Shown here one piece after another: positions 12,422-23,137 of a stretch of 64,000 nucleotides of DNA. The stretch is from Yuukianura sp. NJ FZ-2021 (taxonomy: Eukaryota). Under the pieces are notes generated by a model. That model searched no databases and was not told where the DNA came from. It saw nothing but the letters and a program-made list of their open reading frames with translations. The translations under genes and the position numbers were made by a program. Position 1 is the stretch's first letter. Every line of letters starts with the position of its first letter. The stretch lies in contig CM102285.1 in assembly GCA_046563655.1 (NCBI GenBank), forward strand, positions 1,364,001 to 1,428,000. The letters run 5' to 3'.

Positions 12422-15412
12422 ATGGATCCCGCCAAATCCGCTTTACCAGCCGGAGGTCAAGCTCAACCGACTCAAACGGTCTTGGAACTGTTCGAATCGA
12501 ACGTCCGCACCAAACCGGACGCAGTGGCCGTCCGAGATGCTTCGGGAAATTACACTTACGGTGAAATCGGCGCACGCGTGAACCAAATTGCTTCAAAAAT
12601 TACCGCCAGTTCGGATCCGGTAAAACCGAACCCCTACGTAGCCATTTTACTTCCGCAAGGTTCGAATTTCATCTCGTCACTTTACGGTATTTGGAAGTCC
12701 GGTCTCGGCGCAGGACCAATCGATATCGGAAACTCCGTGACTCAAATCGGTTTCATTTTGGAAGAACTCGGAAATCCGATACTGCTCACTTCAAGTCAAT
12801 ACTTGAACAAAGTTCAGGACTACTGCAATGTCATTTTGGTCGGAGAAGGTCACAAGGTCACATATTGTGGCCAATCAGAGGTCAAGCTCATTCGGAAGGC
12901 AACTGCGGGAGACATAGCCTTTGTTGTGTTCACTTCAGGATCAACTGGACGACCCAAAGGAGTTCTCATTCCACATCGCATTGTTTGGTTCAATGCAAAT
13001 TCAGCGTGGAGTTTAAGAGAAGTATCGGCCAAAGATGTGTCGTTGGCATACAGTAGTCCGGCATTCATTTTGAGTTTTTCTGAATACGTACCGCTCTTGT
13101 GTCGCGGCGGTGTCGTTGTTGTTCCGAATACCGATCTACGAACCGACTTGGACGCTCTGCACCAATTCATTAACGAACACGGCATTACTTTGATTTCCAT
13201 GACGACGCAAGCGGCCGTGAAGATGATCGAAAAACCGATGCCGAGTTTAAGATGGCTCAGATTCGGCGGAGAGAAACTTACGGTACCGATACCGAACAAT
13301 ACGACATTCAGAATGATCTATGTTTACGGTTTGAGCGAATGTTTTGCCATCAGTATTCGCATGACTTTTGACGAACCGGGAATCCCCAACAACGGACCAC
13401 TTGTACCGGGAGTTTCGGTTGTCTTTTTAGACGAAGATTTGAAACCGGTACCGGAGGGGGAGAAAGGCGAAATTTGTGTGTGGAGTCCGTTGGTGTTTAT
13501 GGGGTATTTGAACAATCCGGAACTCACGTATCAGCGATTCATCCCAAATCCGAACAATCCGGACCAAATTTTGTTCCGAACCGGCGACATTGGCTACTTG
13601 ACTCCAAATAAAGAATTAGTCGTTTGCGGTCGTGCAGATTTCCAAGTCAAAATCATGGGAAACCGGATTGAACTCGGCCAAGTCGAATTTGCTCTACAGC
13701 AACATCCGAAAATCCGACAAGCTGCGGCAATTGTCGTCGAAAACAACGAAACGAAACGACTCGTCGCATTTTGCACTCCGGTAGAAGGTGAAACCATTCC
13801 GGATTTGAATACCGTCTGCGATTTTCTTGAAGATCACCTACCGAGATTTGCATTCCCGAGCCAAATCAACAGCATTGACAAGATCCCCATGACAACGAGC
13901 GGGAAATTTGATCGTCAAGCACTCAAGGCCATCAAGGTAACGAAGCTAATTGAACCGGTACAAACCGAAACCGAAACAAATCTGGCGAGAATTTGGGCCG
14001 AAACGCTCCGAATTCCGGTCGAAGAAATCGGACGAAACGATACATTTTTCAGTCTCGGCGGAAACTCACTTCAACTGGCTCTGATTGTGACAAAACTTCA
14101 AGGAGATCCGTGGTTTCTTCAAATTCAAATCAAACAACTTTTTAAAGCTTCGCGGTTAGACAAATTTGCGGCACTGGTTGATTCGCTGATGGGCAAAAAA
14201 GGGGCGGAGCAAACCGGGAATCCCGATCAGCTGACTGAAGCCGACTTCGATAAAGACTCAGCTTTGGATGAAACATTTCCGAAAGAATTCAAGGCATTTC
14301 CTACAGGAAATGAAAACATTTTGGTTACAGGAACGACGGGTTATGTTGGCGCCAATTTTTTCAAAACTTTGATCGACCAAAGCACGGATTCTCAGAAGAT
14401 TTACTGCTTGATTCGTGCAAAATCAAACGCAGACGCGAAGGCACGACTGGAACTGACGCTGAAAAAGTACGGAATTGAAATGCCGACTTCTGAGAAGACG
14501 CTGGAACGAGTCATTTGCATTGCTGGAGACATTTCGAAACATCAATTTGGAATGAGCAACAGCGATTTCAGCGCCCTCTGCACTCAAATTGACGTCATTT
14601 TTCACATGGCGGCAGAAGTTCACTTTTTAAAATCTTATTCGGAGTTACGCGAAAGCAACGTCGGTGGAACTCGGAAGTTGCTTGACTTTGCCGTCCAATC
14701 AAAACTGAAGGTTTTGCATTACATTTCAACGTTTTCGGTTGTTGGCGGGCTAAATTCAACTGAAGAAATTTTGGAATCACGTGACCCCATTTTCAAAATC
14801 AAAGAAGCCGAGAGCCGTGACATGGGCTATGCACAGAGCAAGCGCATCGGAGAGAAATTAGTTTGGCATGCAATTGAACGCGGATTTCCAGCAGTTGTTT
14901 ACCGCCTAGGAGAAATTGGCGCCCATTCAACTTTGAATATTGTCAACAAACAGGATTTTTTGGCGCGTCTTTTTATCACTTGCAAAGAAACTGGCTTTCA
15001 TCCAATGATGGACAAATCTTTTCCGTACGGTTCAGTTGATTCAACATGTGAATCGATTCTAGAAGTTGCCAAACAGGGACAGAAAAATAGCGGAAAATGT
15101 TTCCATATTTTTGAAAATCAAATTTCGTATTTGGATGGATTTCGGGCCCTTAAGAACGTTGTTGGACTGGAGAGGATTGATTGGGCCAAGAAAATTGCGG
15201 GAATTATTCAAAGTCATTCGGATATGACTCAACAACAAGACTACAGCATTCTGCTTCAACTCATTCAAAATATGGGTGGTTCTTCGTCGGTTTTAGAAAA
15301 GAAATTTTCAAATGAAAATTTGAAAAATGTGGTTTCTGGAGCAGCCATGAGTTTCAATCCAAACCAAAATTGGGATCGCTATTTGAGTGTACTTTTTGAT
15401 GGACAAAATTAA
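12422..15412 (+). CDS. NRPS-like A-T-R enzyme (adenylation, PCP, terminal NAD(P)H reductase; carboxylic acid reductase/Lys2-like architecture), ~996 aa, intronless CDS
   Basis: A-domain cores FTSGSTGRPKG, YGLSE, GEICVWSPLVFMGYLN, FRTGD, GRADFQVKIMGNRIELGQVE, SGKFDR; PCP FFSLGGNSL (Ser codon 14066-14068); R domain ILVTGTTGYVG, HMAAEV, NVGGT, GYAQSK (YxxxK), YRLG. Confidence 0.95.
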   Translation: MDPAKSALPAGGQAQPTQTVLELFESNVRTKPDAVAVRDASGNYTYGEIGARVNQIASKITASSDPVKPNPYVAILLPQGSNFISSLYGIWKSGLGAGPIDIGNSVTQIGFILEELGNPILLTSSQYLNKVQDYCNVILVGEGHKVTYCGQSEVKLIRKATAGDIAFVVFTSGSTGRPKGVLIPHRIVWFNANSAWSLREVSAKDVSLAYSSPAFILSFSEYVPLLCRGGVVVVPNTDLRTDLDALHQFINEHGITLISMTTQAAVKMIEKPMPSLRWLRFGGEKLTVPIPNNTTFRMIYVYGLSECFAISIRMTFDEPGIPNNGPLVPGVSVVFLDEDLKPVPEGEKGEICVWSPLVFMGYLNNPELTYQRFIPNPNNPDQILFRTGDIGYLTPNKELVVCGRADFQVKIMGNRIELGQVEFALQQHPKIRQAAAIVVENNETKRLVAFCTPVEGETIPDLNTVCDFLEDHLPRFAFPSQINSIDKIPMTTSGKFDRQALKAIKVTKLIEPVQTETETNLARIWAETLRIPVEEIGRNDTFFSLGGNSLQLALIVTKLQGDPWFLQIQIKQLFKASRLDKFAALVDSLMGKKGAEQTGNPDQLTEADFDKDSALDETFPKEFKAFPTGNENILVTGTTGYVGANFFKTLIDQSTDSQKIYCLIRAKSNADAKARLELTLKKYGIEMPTSEKTLERVICIAGDISKHQFGMSNSDFSALCTQIDVIFHMAAEVHFLKSYSELRESNVGGTRKLLDFAVQSKLKVLHYISTFSVVGGLNSTEEILESRDPIFKIKEAESRDMGYAQSKRIGEKLVWHAIERGFPAVVYRLGEIGAHSTLNIVNKQDFLARLFITCKETGFHPMMDKSFPYGSVDSTCESILEVAKQGQKNSGKCFHIFENQISYLDGFRALKNVVGLERIDWAKKIAGIIQSHSDMTQQQDYSILLQLIQNMGGSSSVLEKKFSNENLKNVVSGAAMSFNPNQNWDRYLSVLFDGQN

Positions 15413-16028
15413 AAATGTGAAAAAAAAATGAAAATTTGAAAATTTATATACAAAGGTTACCGCCTATGCGGTAACATATATGTATGTTACCTCTGTTTTG
15501 GTTGTAAATAAAAACGAGCTCCTTCGTGCATATTTTAAAGCAATTAATTAGTATTATGCCTTTAACAGCTACGTCAGATTAAATTTATTTTTCCCATTAA
15601 CTACCTTTATACTTTTATTCTGCAATGATATTTTTTACATTTTTGTGAAACGTTTGTATCAGCAACTACATAAGTCGAAGAACTCACAGTTTTCCTACAT
15701 ACCCGTAAAGTTAAAATTTCAAAAATACAAATCAAACATCAAAAATCGGGATTCAGAAAAACCTTGTTTGAAGCAAGGCGGAACGCTGGGCAACCATTAA
15801 ACTAAACTTAAAATGGTTGTACAATTTTCAGTATTTTACTTTCCTAAAAAAAAGCATGCTGCACGTGCTTTTTCACATTTTTTTAGCCTGGAGCATATTT
15901 CGACACTTTTGCGATCAAAACTAAAATTCTCAAATTTGACTCAAGTTTCCTTCTGTTGCAGACAAAATTTATTTCATGTTTTACAAAGTGCTGCAAAATT
16001 CTTCTTTTAAAAATTGAAATGATGAAAT

Positions 16029-16599
16029 TTAGTTGGTTTCCTTGCGCTGCAAAAACTCCAGCCAAGCAGTCATCTCTTGCACGTCAACCTGCATTCCAAA
16101 AAAATAGATTTTAGAAAGCATTCTTGTAACCTAAACTACCAAAAAAAGTGAAAATCGAAAATTTTACATCTCCTGAGCGATTCGTGTCCGCCTCGCGCTC
16201 AAAATCGTCGAACGTTTTTCCCGCCATTTTGGGATACTGCGTGGACATCAGTTCATAAACTCTCTCAAATTCTTCTTTGCTAATAATCCCATCTCCGTTT
16301 GTATCGCACATTTTGGCGTACCAAGCAGCTTCAAGTGCTGGTGAATGCAAAATAGGCAGAATCTGTTCGAACCAAGCAAGTTTGCAGCGTGAGTCAAAGT
16401 GTTTCACAAAGTAGTCGATGTACCCTTGCTGTTGTGCTTCTGAGCGCTCGAATCCCAGGATTTCAAATGCTGCCTTTGCATCAACTGTATGAATCGAATC
16501 TGTTTCCGGATCGTAGGACTCTAGCGTCTTCAGTTTTGCTAAAATTTTCAAAATTTCTTCTTCTGTGTACGGAATAGACATGTCACGGAACGATTCCAT
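16029..16599 (-). CDS. Calmodulin-like EF-hand protein, copy 1 (163 aa; exons 16599-16168, 16088-16029)
   Basis: EF loops DTNGDGIISKEE and DTNRSGD|VDVQE, the latter completed by splicing; family N-terminus MESFRDMSIPYTEEE. Confidence 0.88.
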
Positions 16600-17049
16600 T
16601 TTTTTTCAATTTGTAGTTTGCAGCTCAAAAACTTTGCAGGTCAGTACTTCCGATCAGGTCGCAAAACTATATGTGACTACTTCTATTGTTTTGTGTGAAA
16701 GCAGACTAAATACTCTTCAAAAACTATTAAGACATTATTGTTATTTATTACTCAAGTTAATTAGGAGATAAACCGGTTACTTAATTAACTCTTAGGAAAA
16801 TGAAAAACCCAAAATCAGCTGTTTTTTTTCTTGTTTTTTTTTTTCTTTTTGGAAAAATTGAAGTTATGGCATAACTTTTACGGCAATTGTACAATGGCCG
16901 CTATAGCAACTTTGACACCTTTATACTTTTATTCTGCAATTTTGATATTTTTTACGCTTTCAAACTTTTTGTTTTGTACAAAACAAAGACTTTCAAAAAC
17001 TGCATTTTTTGAAAAAAAAAACATGGAAAATACATTTTGTGTTTTTGAT

Positions 17050-17526
17050 TCATTTGGAAAGTGATTCAAGCCATGCAGCCATTTCTTGCAAATCGACGTC
17101 TCCCGAATGATCAGTGTCCGCTTCACGAACAAAATCTTCGTAGGATTTTCCCGCTACTTTTGGCCACTGCACTGACATCAGTTCGTAAACTTGTTTGAAC
17201 TCTTCGGCTGAAATGAGGCCATCTCCATTTGCGTCACACATTTTTGCGTACCATGCTGCATGAAGAGGTAAAGAATGCTTGGCACGCATAAGTCCATCCA
17301 TCCACTCCACTTTGACAATTCCATAGTGCTTGGCATAGTAGTTTTCATATGCTTTGATTTGCTCTTCCGTTCGTTTGTCCCCAAATGCGATAGTGACTTC
17401 CCGGCAATTGGAAGGGGCGATACTGTCCGTTGCTGGATCGTAAGTCGGAAAAGTTCGGATTTTTGCCAGAATTTTGGCAATTTCCTCCTCCGTATATGGA
17501 ATAGACATGTCACGAAAGTTTTCCAT
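17050..17526 (-). CDS. EF-hand protein, copy 2 (158 aa, no coding intron)
   Basis: DANGDGLISAEE and DTDHSGDVDLQE loops in a single ORF. Confidence 0.9.
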   Translation of the reverse strand: MENFRDMSIPYTEEEIAKILAKIRTFPTYDPATDSIAPSNCREVTIAFGDKRTEEQIKAYENYYAKHYGIVKVEWMDGLMRAKHSLPLHAAWYAKMCDANGDGLISAEEFKQVYELMSVQWPKVAGKSYEDFVREADTDHSGDVDLQEMAAWLESLSK

Positions 17527-18537
17527 GGTTTGAAAACGTTGTAAACTCTGTGTGTAAAAAAATAACGTAAAAGTCAGTTTTTGGTTTACAAAAAAGTGAT
17601 TCTTTTTAATAAACTGAATTATTTACCTGAACACTCAACGCCAGAAAATTCGTCAGAAGTGTTTAGAAACTTTTGTTTTTTTAAAGATTTCTAACTTCTG
17701 AATTGTGAGCGAATGGTACTTGAAATGTGACAAAGTGATGGAAAATTTCGGAATTTATGCAAAATTTTGGGCGTAAAATTTTTAAATAGGTTGATTGAAA
17801 ACTGGTTTCTAATTTTATTGATACTAAAATTTTATATATGGATCATAAACTTTGGGTTACTTAATTAAAATATTTGATTAATGACGCTTTATTAGTGCTT
17901 AGATGTCTCATTTGAATGTGTATACCATGTGTACAGGGCGATTCCATTATTTTTTAAATTATGTTGCAGCTCAACAAAATAAAACTTTGTAGGTCAGTAC
18001 GTCTGATGAAGGTGCAAAATTTTGTGGGATTGCTTTTGCTTGTTCAGTGTGAAAGATGACTAAATACGCTTCAAAAACTATTATGACACTGTTAGTTTTA
18101 CGACCCATCAACTTATTCTGTGTCGATGAATTGCCGACTAGAGAAACCTATTAACTTACTTTTTGAAAATCAAAAACCTGTTTACAATTAAGAAGTTTAA
18201 ACTTAACTACTAAAGTTTTAAATAAAACTACAATTAAAACGACAAAATTAGCACGTTGTGATTTTGTGGAAGACCAAATACGTTGCCGTTTGCGTTGTGG
18301 GGCCAAAACGTCGCAACAGTGTAGTACAAATGTGAAATTGAAGCAGAACTTGAAATTTTTAAAATTCAAATTTTTCAAACTTGTATTTCCTAAACCCTTT
18401 ATTCAAACCAACCAATCCGAGCACTTCGTGAAATAAGAGATTCGGCTTAATAATGTTATTTACGACTCTCCTGGACATACATTTTAGCAAAGTTATAGTT
18501 TTAGTGGACGATTATGAATATTTAACACTGCATGTCA

Positions 18538-21500
18538 TTACTGTCTTGCTTTAATAACAACGTTGTACGGAGCCGGTTCTAGAGAAATTGTGACAACAAC
18601 TTTGTCAGACGGAACTCCGAAAGCTGGATCCACGTGGAAACTGAATTGCTGAACCAAAGTTGCTATTAACAGCATCAAGTTCGTTTTTGCAAGAGACTCC
18701 GCTATACACCGTCGCTTCCCTAATAAACCAAAATATGTCAACACACAACTTTGAGACTTTTTTTTTCAAGTGTTGAAACTAAATGTCACTAATAGTGCTT
18801 CAAGTTCGGGCCAAAAATGAAAAGTTCGAACTTCGAACCTAGGTTCGAACTTTCTGAAGAGCAAGTTCGAACTTTCGAACCTTTTTTTTACATGCAAAAA
18901 GCAAAGGGCAGTGAAAAAAATGGTGAGGGTGATAAATTTCGCAATTCACATCCAAATTGCATTTCCCCCCTGTATTTGAATTTTTTTCAAAAACTAACGT
19001 AGAACAGTAGGTTTAAAGTGAACTGAAACTACTTTCTCAGGCAATATGCCTCGGTTTTTGTTGAAATCCATGCATTGTTGAATATTTGCCAATATTGACG
19101 GGTAAGTTCGAACTCTTTTGGCTGAGGTTCGAACTTCGAACCTAGGAAAACAGCCAGGTTCGAGTTCGGAAGTTCGAACTCTAAAGTTCGAACTTGAAGC
19201 ACTAGTCACTAATCACCAAATCCGAAAGTAAATATTTTCTCGGCGTTGATGATTTTGTTTTCCGGAGAAAGAAATCTGTTGGGATTGAACTTCTGTGCGT
19301 TCTTCCAAACCGATTCGTCTCTATTAATTCCAAAGAGGTTCACGGCAATGAATGTGCCCTGCATTTAAAAAAAAATGTCATTTCAGTAAAATCTTTTTAA
19401 AACTTTCACTTTTTTGGAAGTATCTTTTACCTTGGGAATTAAGAAACCGTTGACCTCCCAGTCGCTCAATAACTTCCTTGGAGCAATAGGCCCAGGAGTA
19501 TTCAACCTAAAGTAAATTTTATGTATTAGTTAATAATTAATATATAATTATGATAGTAATTTATCTAATATTCTTGTATTGAATTTGCTGGTAAAATTAA
19601 AAAACTTGATTGATACTGACCTAAGCACTTCGTAGACAACTGCTTGGGTCTTAATCAGCCTGTTAGATGTAGTTATTAAAATGGTAAAATATGTATTATA
19701 TAAAGTAAGATTCAAAATATTTTTTATGATTTAAAATAAACTGTTGCTATACTGAATAATGAACATTCCGGTGTTCAACGGTAAAATACATATACTGGAA
19801 ACGTTAGTTTCCGGGATTATTTCAGGCAGATAGATAGACACAAGGTGGATAACGAAAGAAATACTTTTTCTTTAGCTTCTTTCAAGGTTAAAGGAAAACC
19901 TTGTTTGAAACGTTGAAATAGCAACCATGGATTAGACAAACGGACAGACCGCTAGGATCAACCCATTAGAGAGCTTTGCCTACTTATTTCATAATTTAAC
20001 GCTAGTTTTTAAGTTTACTTGGGTATGTCATCTACGTTGACGTGTCGAAATTTTCCAAGAACTTGATCAACTTCTGCGAAAAACTCATTCTGTGTTTGTG
20101 GGTTTTGCAGTAGGTAGCGAATAAAAAAATTCATGACATTCACTTCCGTGTCAATCCCACCAATGATGAGGTCCTGCATAACTGCTACCAAGTTCTGTTC
20201 TGATTTGCAGAAGTACAAATTCTTACAAAATTTGAAATTCCAAGTTTTGAAATTTTCAAATTTAGAGACAAATAGCAAACGAATGAAATGTGATATGGTC
20301 AGTATTTACCAGTGTAAATTGTATCCAAAGGATTTTCTGTTGCTTTTGTAGCATCTATTTTTGCTAAAAATGCGTCCAGAAAGTTGTCAGGTTCCACATC
20401 ATAATTTCTATTCTTGCGATGATGTGCGATAGCATCCTTAAACAGATCAGAATTTTGTGCGCAAATGATTTTTTAAATTTTGAACTTTATATGAAATATT
20501 TTACCCTCATGAGTTGCCGCCATCGTTCACAAGACTTCTTATGCCCAGTGTAACCCGTGACATTTGGAAACATTTTGATTAGGTTCGGGAAAACAATAGC
20601 CAAACCTCCGCCAAGTGTGCTGGACTTGGCAAATTCTAGGACGACGTTAATGACATTTTTTCGAAAAGAAGCGTCGTCTGCAGTAGTACATTTTCTCCCC
20701 GTAATCAAAGTCCAAACGATGTTATAGAATATCCTTGTAAACTGAGTTTCCATTTTGACACAAAGTTGACCATTTGACATGCGTCGTTTAAGTTCGTCAC
20801 AAAAGTCAACAATTTCCTCCAGAATTATCACCTCTGTCTTGTAATTGGAATGAAATCCAAACTTGTGCAATGTTTTTTGAACCATCAAACGAGTTTTCTC
20901 CCAAAATCCAGGCAAACTGAACCCAATTCCTAAAATTTCCAACCATAGTTTACATATTATTAATAGCACAGAAATAAATCGTTTCTGAATTCAGATTGAA
21001 ATTATTACCAATTGGAAGTTGATCACTTTTTTCAAGCATCCAAATATCGTCGGTGTCTCCATGGGACAACAACTTAGCTGAGAATTCTACACTAGATAGA
21101 AATTCATGGCCATTCACAACCACTGAAACAAAATTTTCAATGTTTTTTAAATTTAATTTCACACAGTTGAAAAAAAATCTTATGGTTTTTCATCTAACAC
21201 ATCGTAGTTGGTCCAACTTTAAGACGGAAGATTGGTCCATACGCTTTACTCAGCTTCATAAAAGCTTGCACAGGATTGTGAAAGTCAGCCCAAAGTACAG
21301 AAATAATCGACCCAATTAACGGTATCTCAATAGGACCTGTTCAATATATTAATATATTTAATTTTATTTCAATTAATAGATATGTACCGTAAATCCTCTA
21401 ATGCAAGCGCGCGCTTATAAGAATTTTTCCAGTTTTGAGACGCGCTTCTATTAGAGTGACGTTTTAATACTGGAATAAATAAAAACTCTGAATTATTTAT

Positions 21501-22490
21501 GTGCTTATTCCCGAAATAATTTATAGTTAGCATTAATAAATGAGTTAAATGTGTTTATGGATCGATCTCTTCGCTCAAGCCGCTCCCTGTTTAGGTTATT
21601 TTGTTCGTGCATTAATAAAGTCAACCAGTTTTGACAAAGGTGATAAAGAAACTAAAAATACGATTCAATAATCATATGATTAATTAAAATTGAGATGACC
21701 GTTCCCAAGGTTGCTATAGCAACCAATCTACAACCAGTCTACAAGAGGTTATCCAAGAATCAGAGTTTCCAAAAATCTTACTTCAAACAAATTTCTTAAC
21801 CAATTCTGCACCAATCGCATTTACATTACATGCACAAAGTTACCACCATAGAAAGTCAAAATTTTTTGTTCAAACAAATTTTAAAACTTCTAGTTACTGG
21901 ACAACCTGGTGTAGAAAAAGTTTTTTTTTAGTTTACGAGCCTTGACCGTTCCATATATTTTATCGTTTCTTTAACCCAGGGGAAGATTTGTTTCCGATGT
22001 ACTATGACAAAGTGGGGAGCGGCACCGTTCGTAGTACATTTGGAAGAATATTCGATCTCTTGTTGTAACTTGAAGCTAAGGTCAAACGATCTGGCTTTTA
22101 GTTTTCCATTTAATACTTCATCTTAGCTTAATGGTTACTCTTGGATTTGAAGACAAACAAGTATTGAAGGGACAGGATGTTAATCTAGAATCGGAGAATT
22201 CACTTCTAAATTTAAGTTAAATTGGAAATATATGCCGCGCTTATGTGTCATTTTCACTCGCCGGAACCGCGCTTGCATTAGAGTCTGCGCTTCTATTAGA
22301 ATGCGCGCTTGCATTAGACGATTTACGGTATGTGAATAAACATGCATAGATACATATTTTGTTAAAAATAAGTTGTACTATTTTTTGTTAAATATTCACC
22401 TGCAGGCCATTTGTATTTGGATTTGTGGAAGGCATTCCGAAAAATGTACAAAAACGCTAGAAATAACACGAATTGCACTGCAAGAAGCAT
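18538..22490 (-). CDS. Cytochrome P450 (probably CYP2 clan), copy A, multi-exon
   Basis: N-terminal anchor MLLAVQFVLFLAFLY, KWPAGP hinge, I-helix DLIIGGIDTE, YEVLR (ExxR), PNRF, heme motif FGFGKRRCIAE, C-terminus EPAPYNVVIKARQ. Confidence 0.88.
18793..19204. mobile_element. hAT-type MITE in the last intron of P450 A
   Basis: TIR TAGTGCTTCAAGTTCG...CGAACTTGAAGCACTA; 8 bp TSD GTCACTAA (18785-18792 and 19205-19212); many subterminal GTTCGAAC repeats; absent from the matching intron of P450 B. Confidence 0.88.
21387..22328. mobile_element. Non-autonomous Tc1/mariner-pogo-type DNA element in intron 1 of P450 A
   Basis: ~26 bp TIR CCGTAAATC(C/G)TCTAATGCAAGCGCGC with flanking TA duplications (21385-86, 22329-30); the matching intron of P450 B is only ~120 bp. 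Confidence 0.85.
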
Positions 22491-23137
22491 TGTACTGTGG
22501 TAAGTGCTAAAAAGAACTCCGATGTAAAAGGTAACGACTTTAAAAATAAATGTTCGTGGGAAAATTTATTTGCAAATTTTTGAGCAATAAGTGCTGACCG
22601 CGGAACTAACGAGAATGTCCAAGTAACTTGTAGTTTTGGTTTTGGAAAACCAAAGTTTATTTCTACAACACTTTACGAAGCCAAGACAACTTAGGCAAGA
22701 CGAAGTCAATACAAATATGTACGAGTGGAATGACTATCTCTATTTCAGTTTGCAATTCTTCGTGCAAAAAACTTTGACCTCGGGAGTAATCAGAATTTAC
22801 CAATGATTTGCCGTTTTTGTAAACAGGTTTCCTTGAAACCACAACTTAATTCCAAGAACTCCAAAAACCAAAAACAATTAATTTGAAACCGGGCTTCATT
22901 CAAATTTTTTTAGCACTAAAAGTTGCGAAACTGGAAACCCCGACGAAACTTATGTCATCTTTTTAGGTTTGACAACAGTGTAGTACAAAATTGAAATTGA
23001 AGTCAAATTTTGAAAATTTAAATTTTTTCAATTTAGCATTTGTAATTGCTAAACCTAAACAAATCTGAGCAAAACGCTCAGATTCATTTCGGTTGTTGCG
23101 ACTCCTCTTGACGTACAATTTAGCATGTTTATTTTTT

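Noticed and set aside
12422-15412. Bacterial contamination
   Set aside because: It is flanked by spliced animal genes, has a putative 5' UTR intron and poly(A) signal, and has a locally decayed paralog.
18793-19204. CRISPR-like array or heat-shock elements from GTTCGAAC repeats
   Set aside because: Spacing is irregular, there are no spacers, and the nGAAnnTTCn geometry is wrong. These are subterminal repeats of an hAT MITE.
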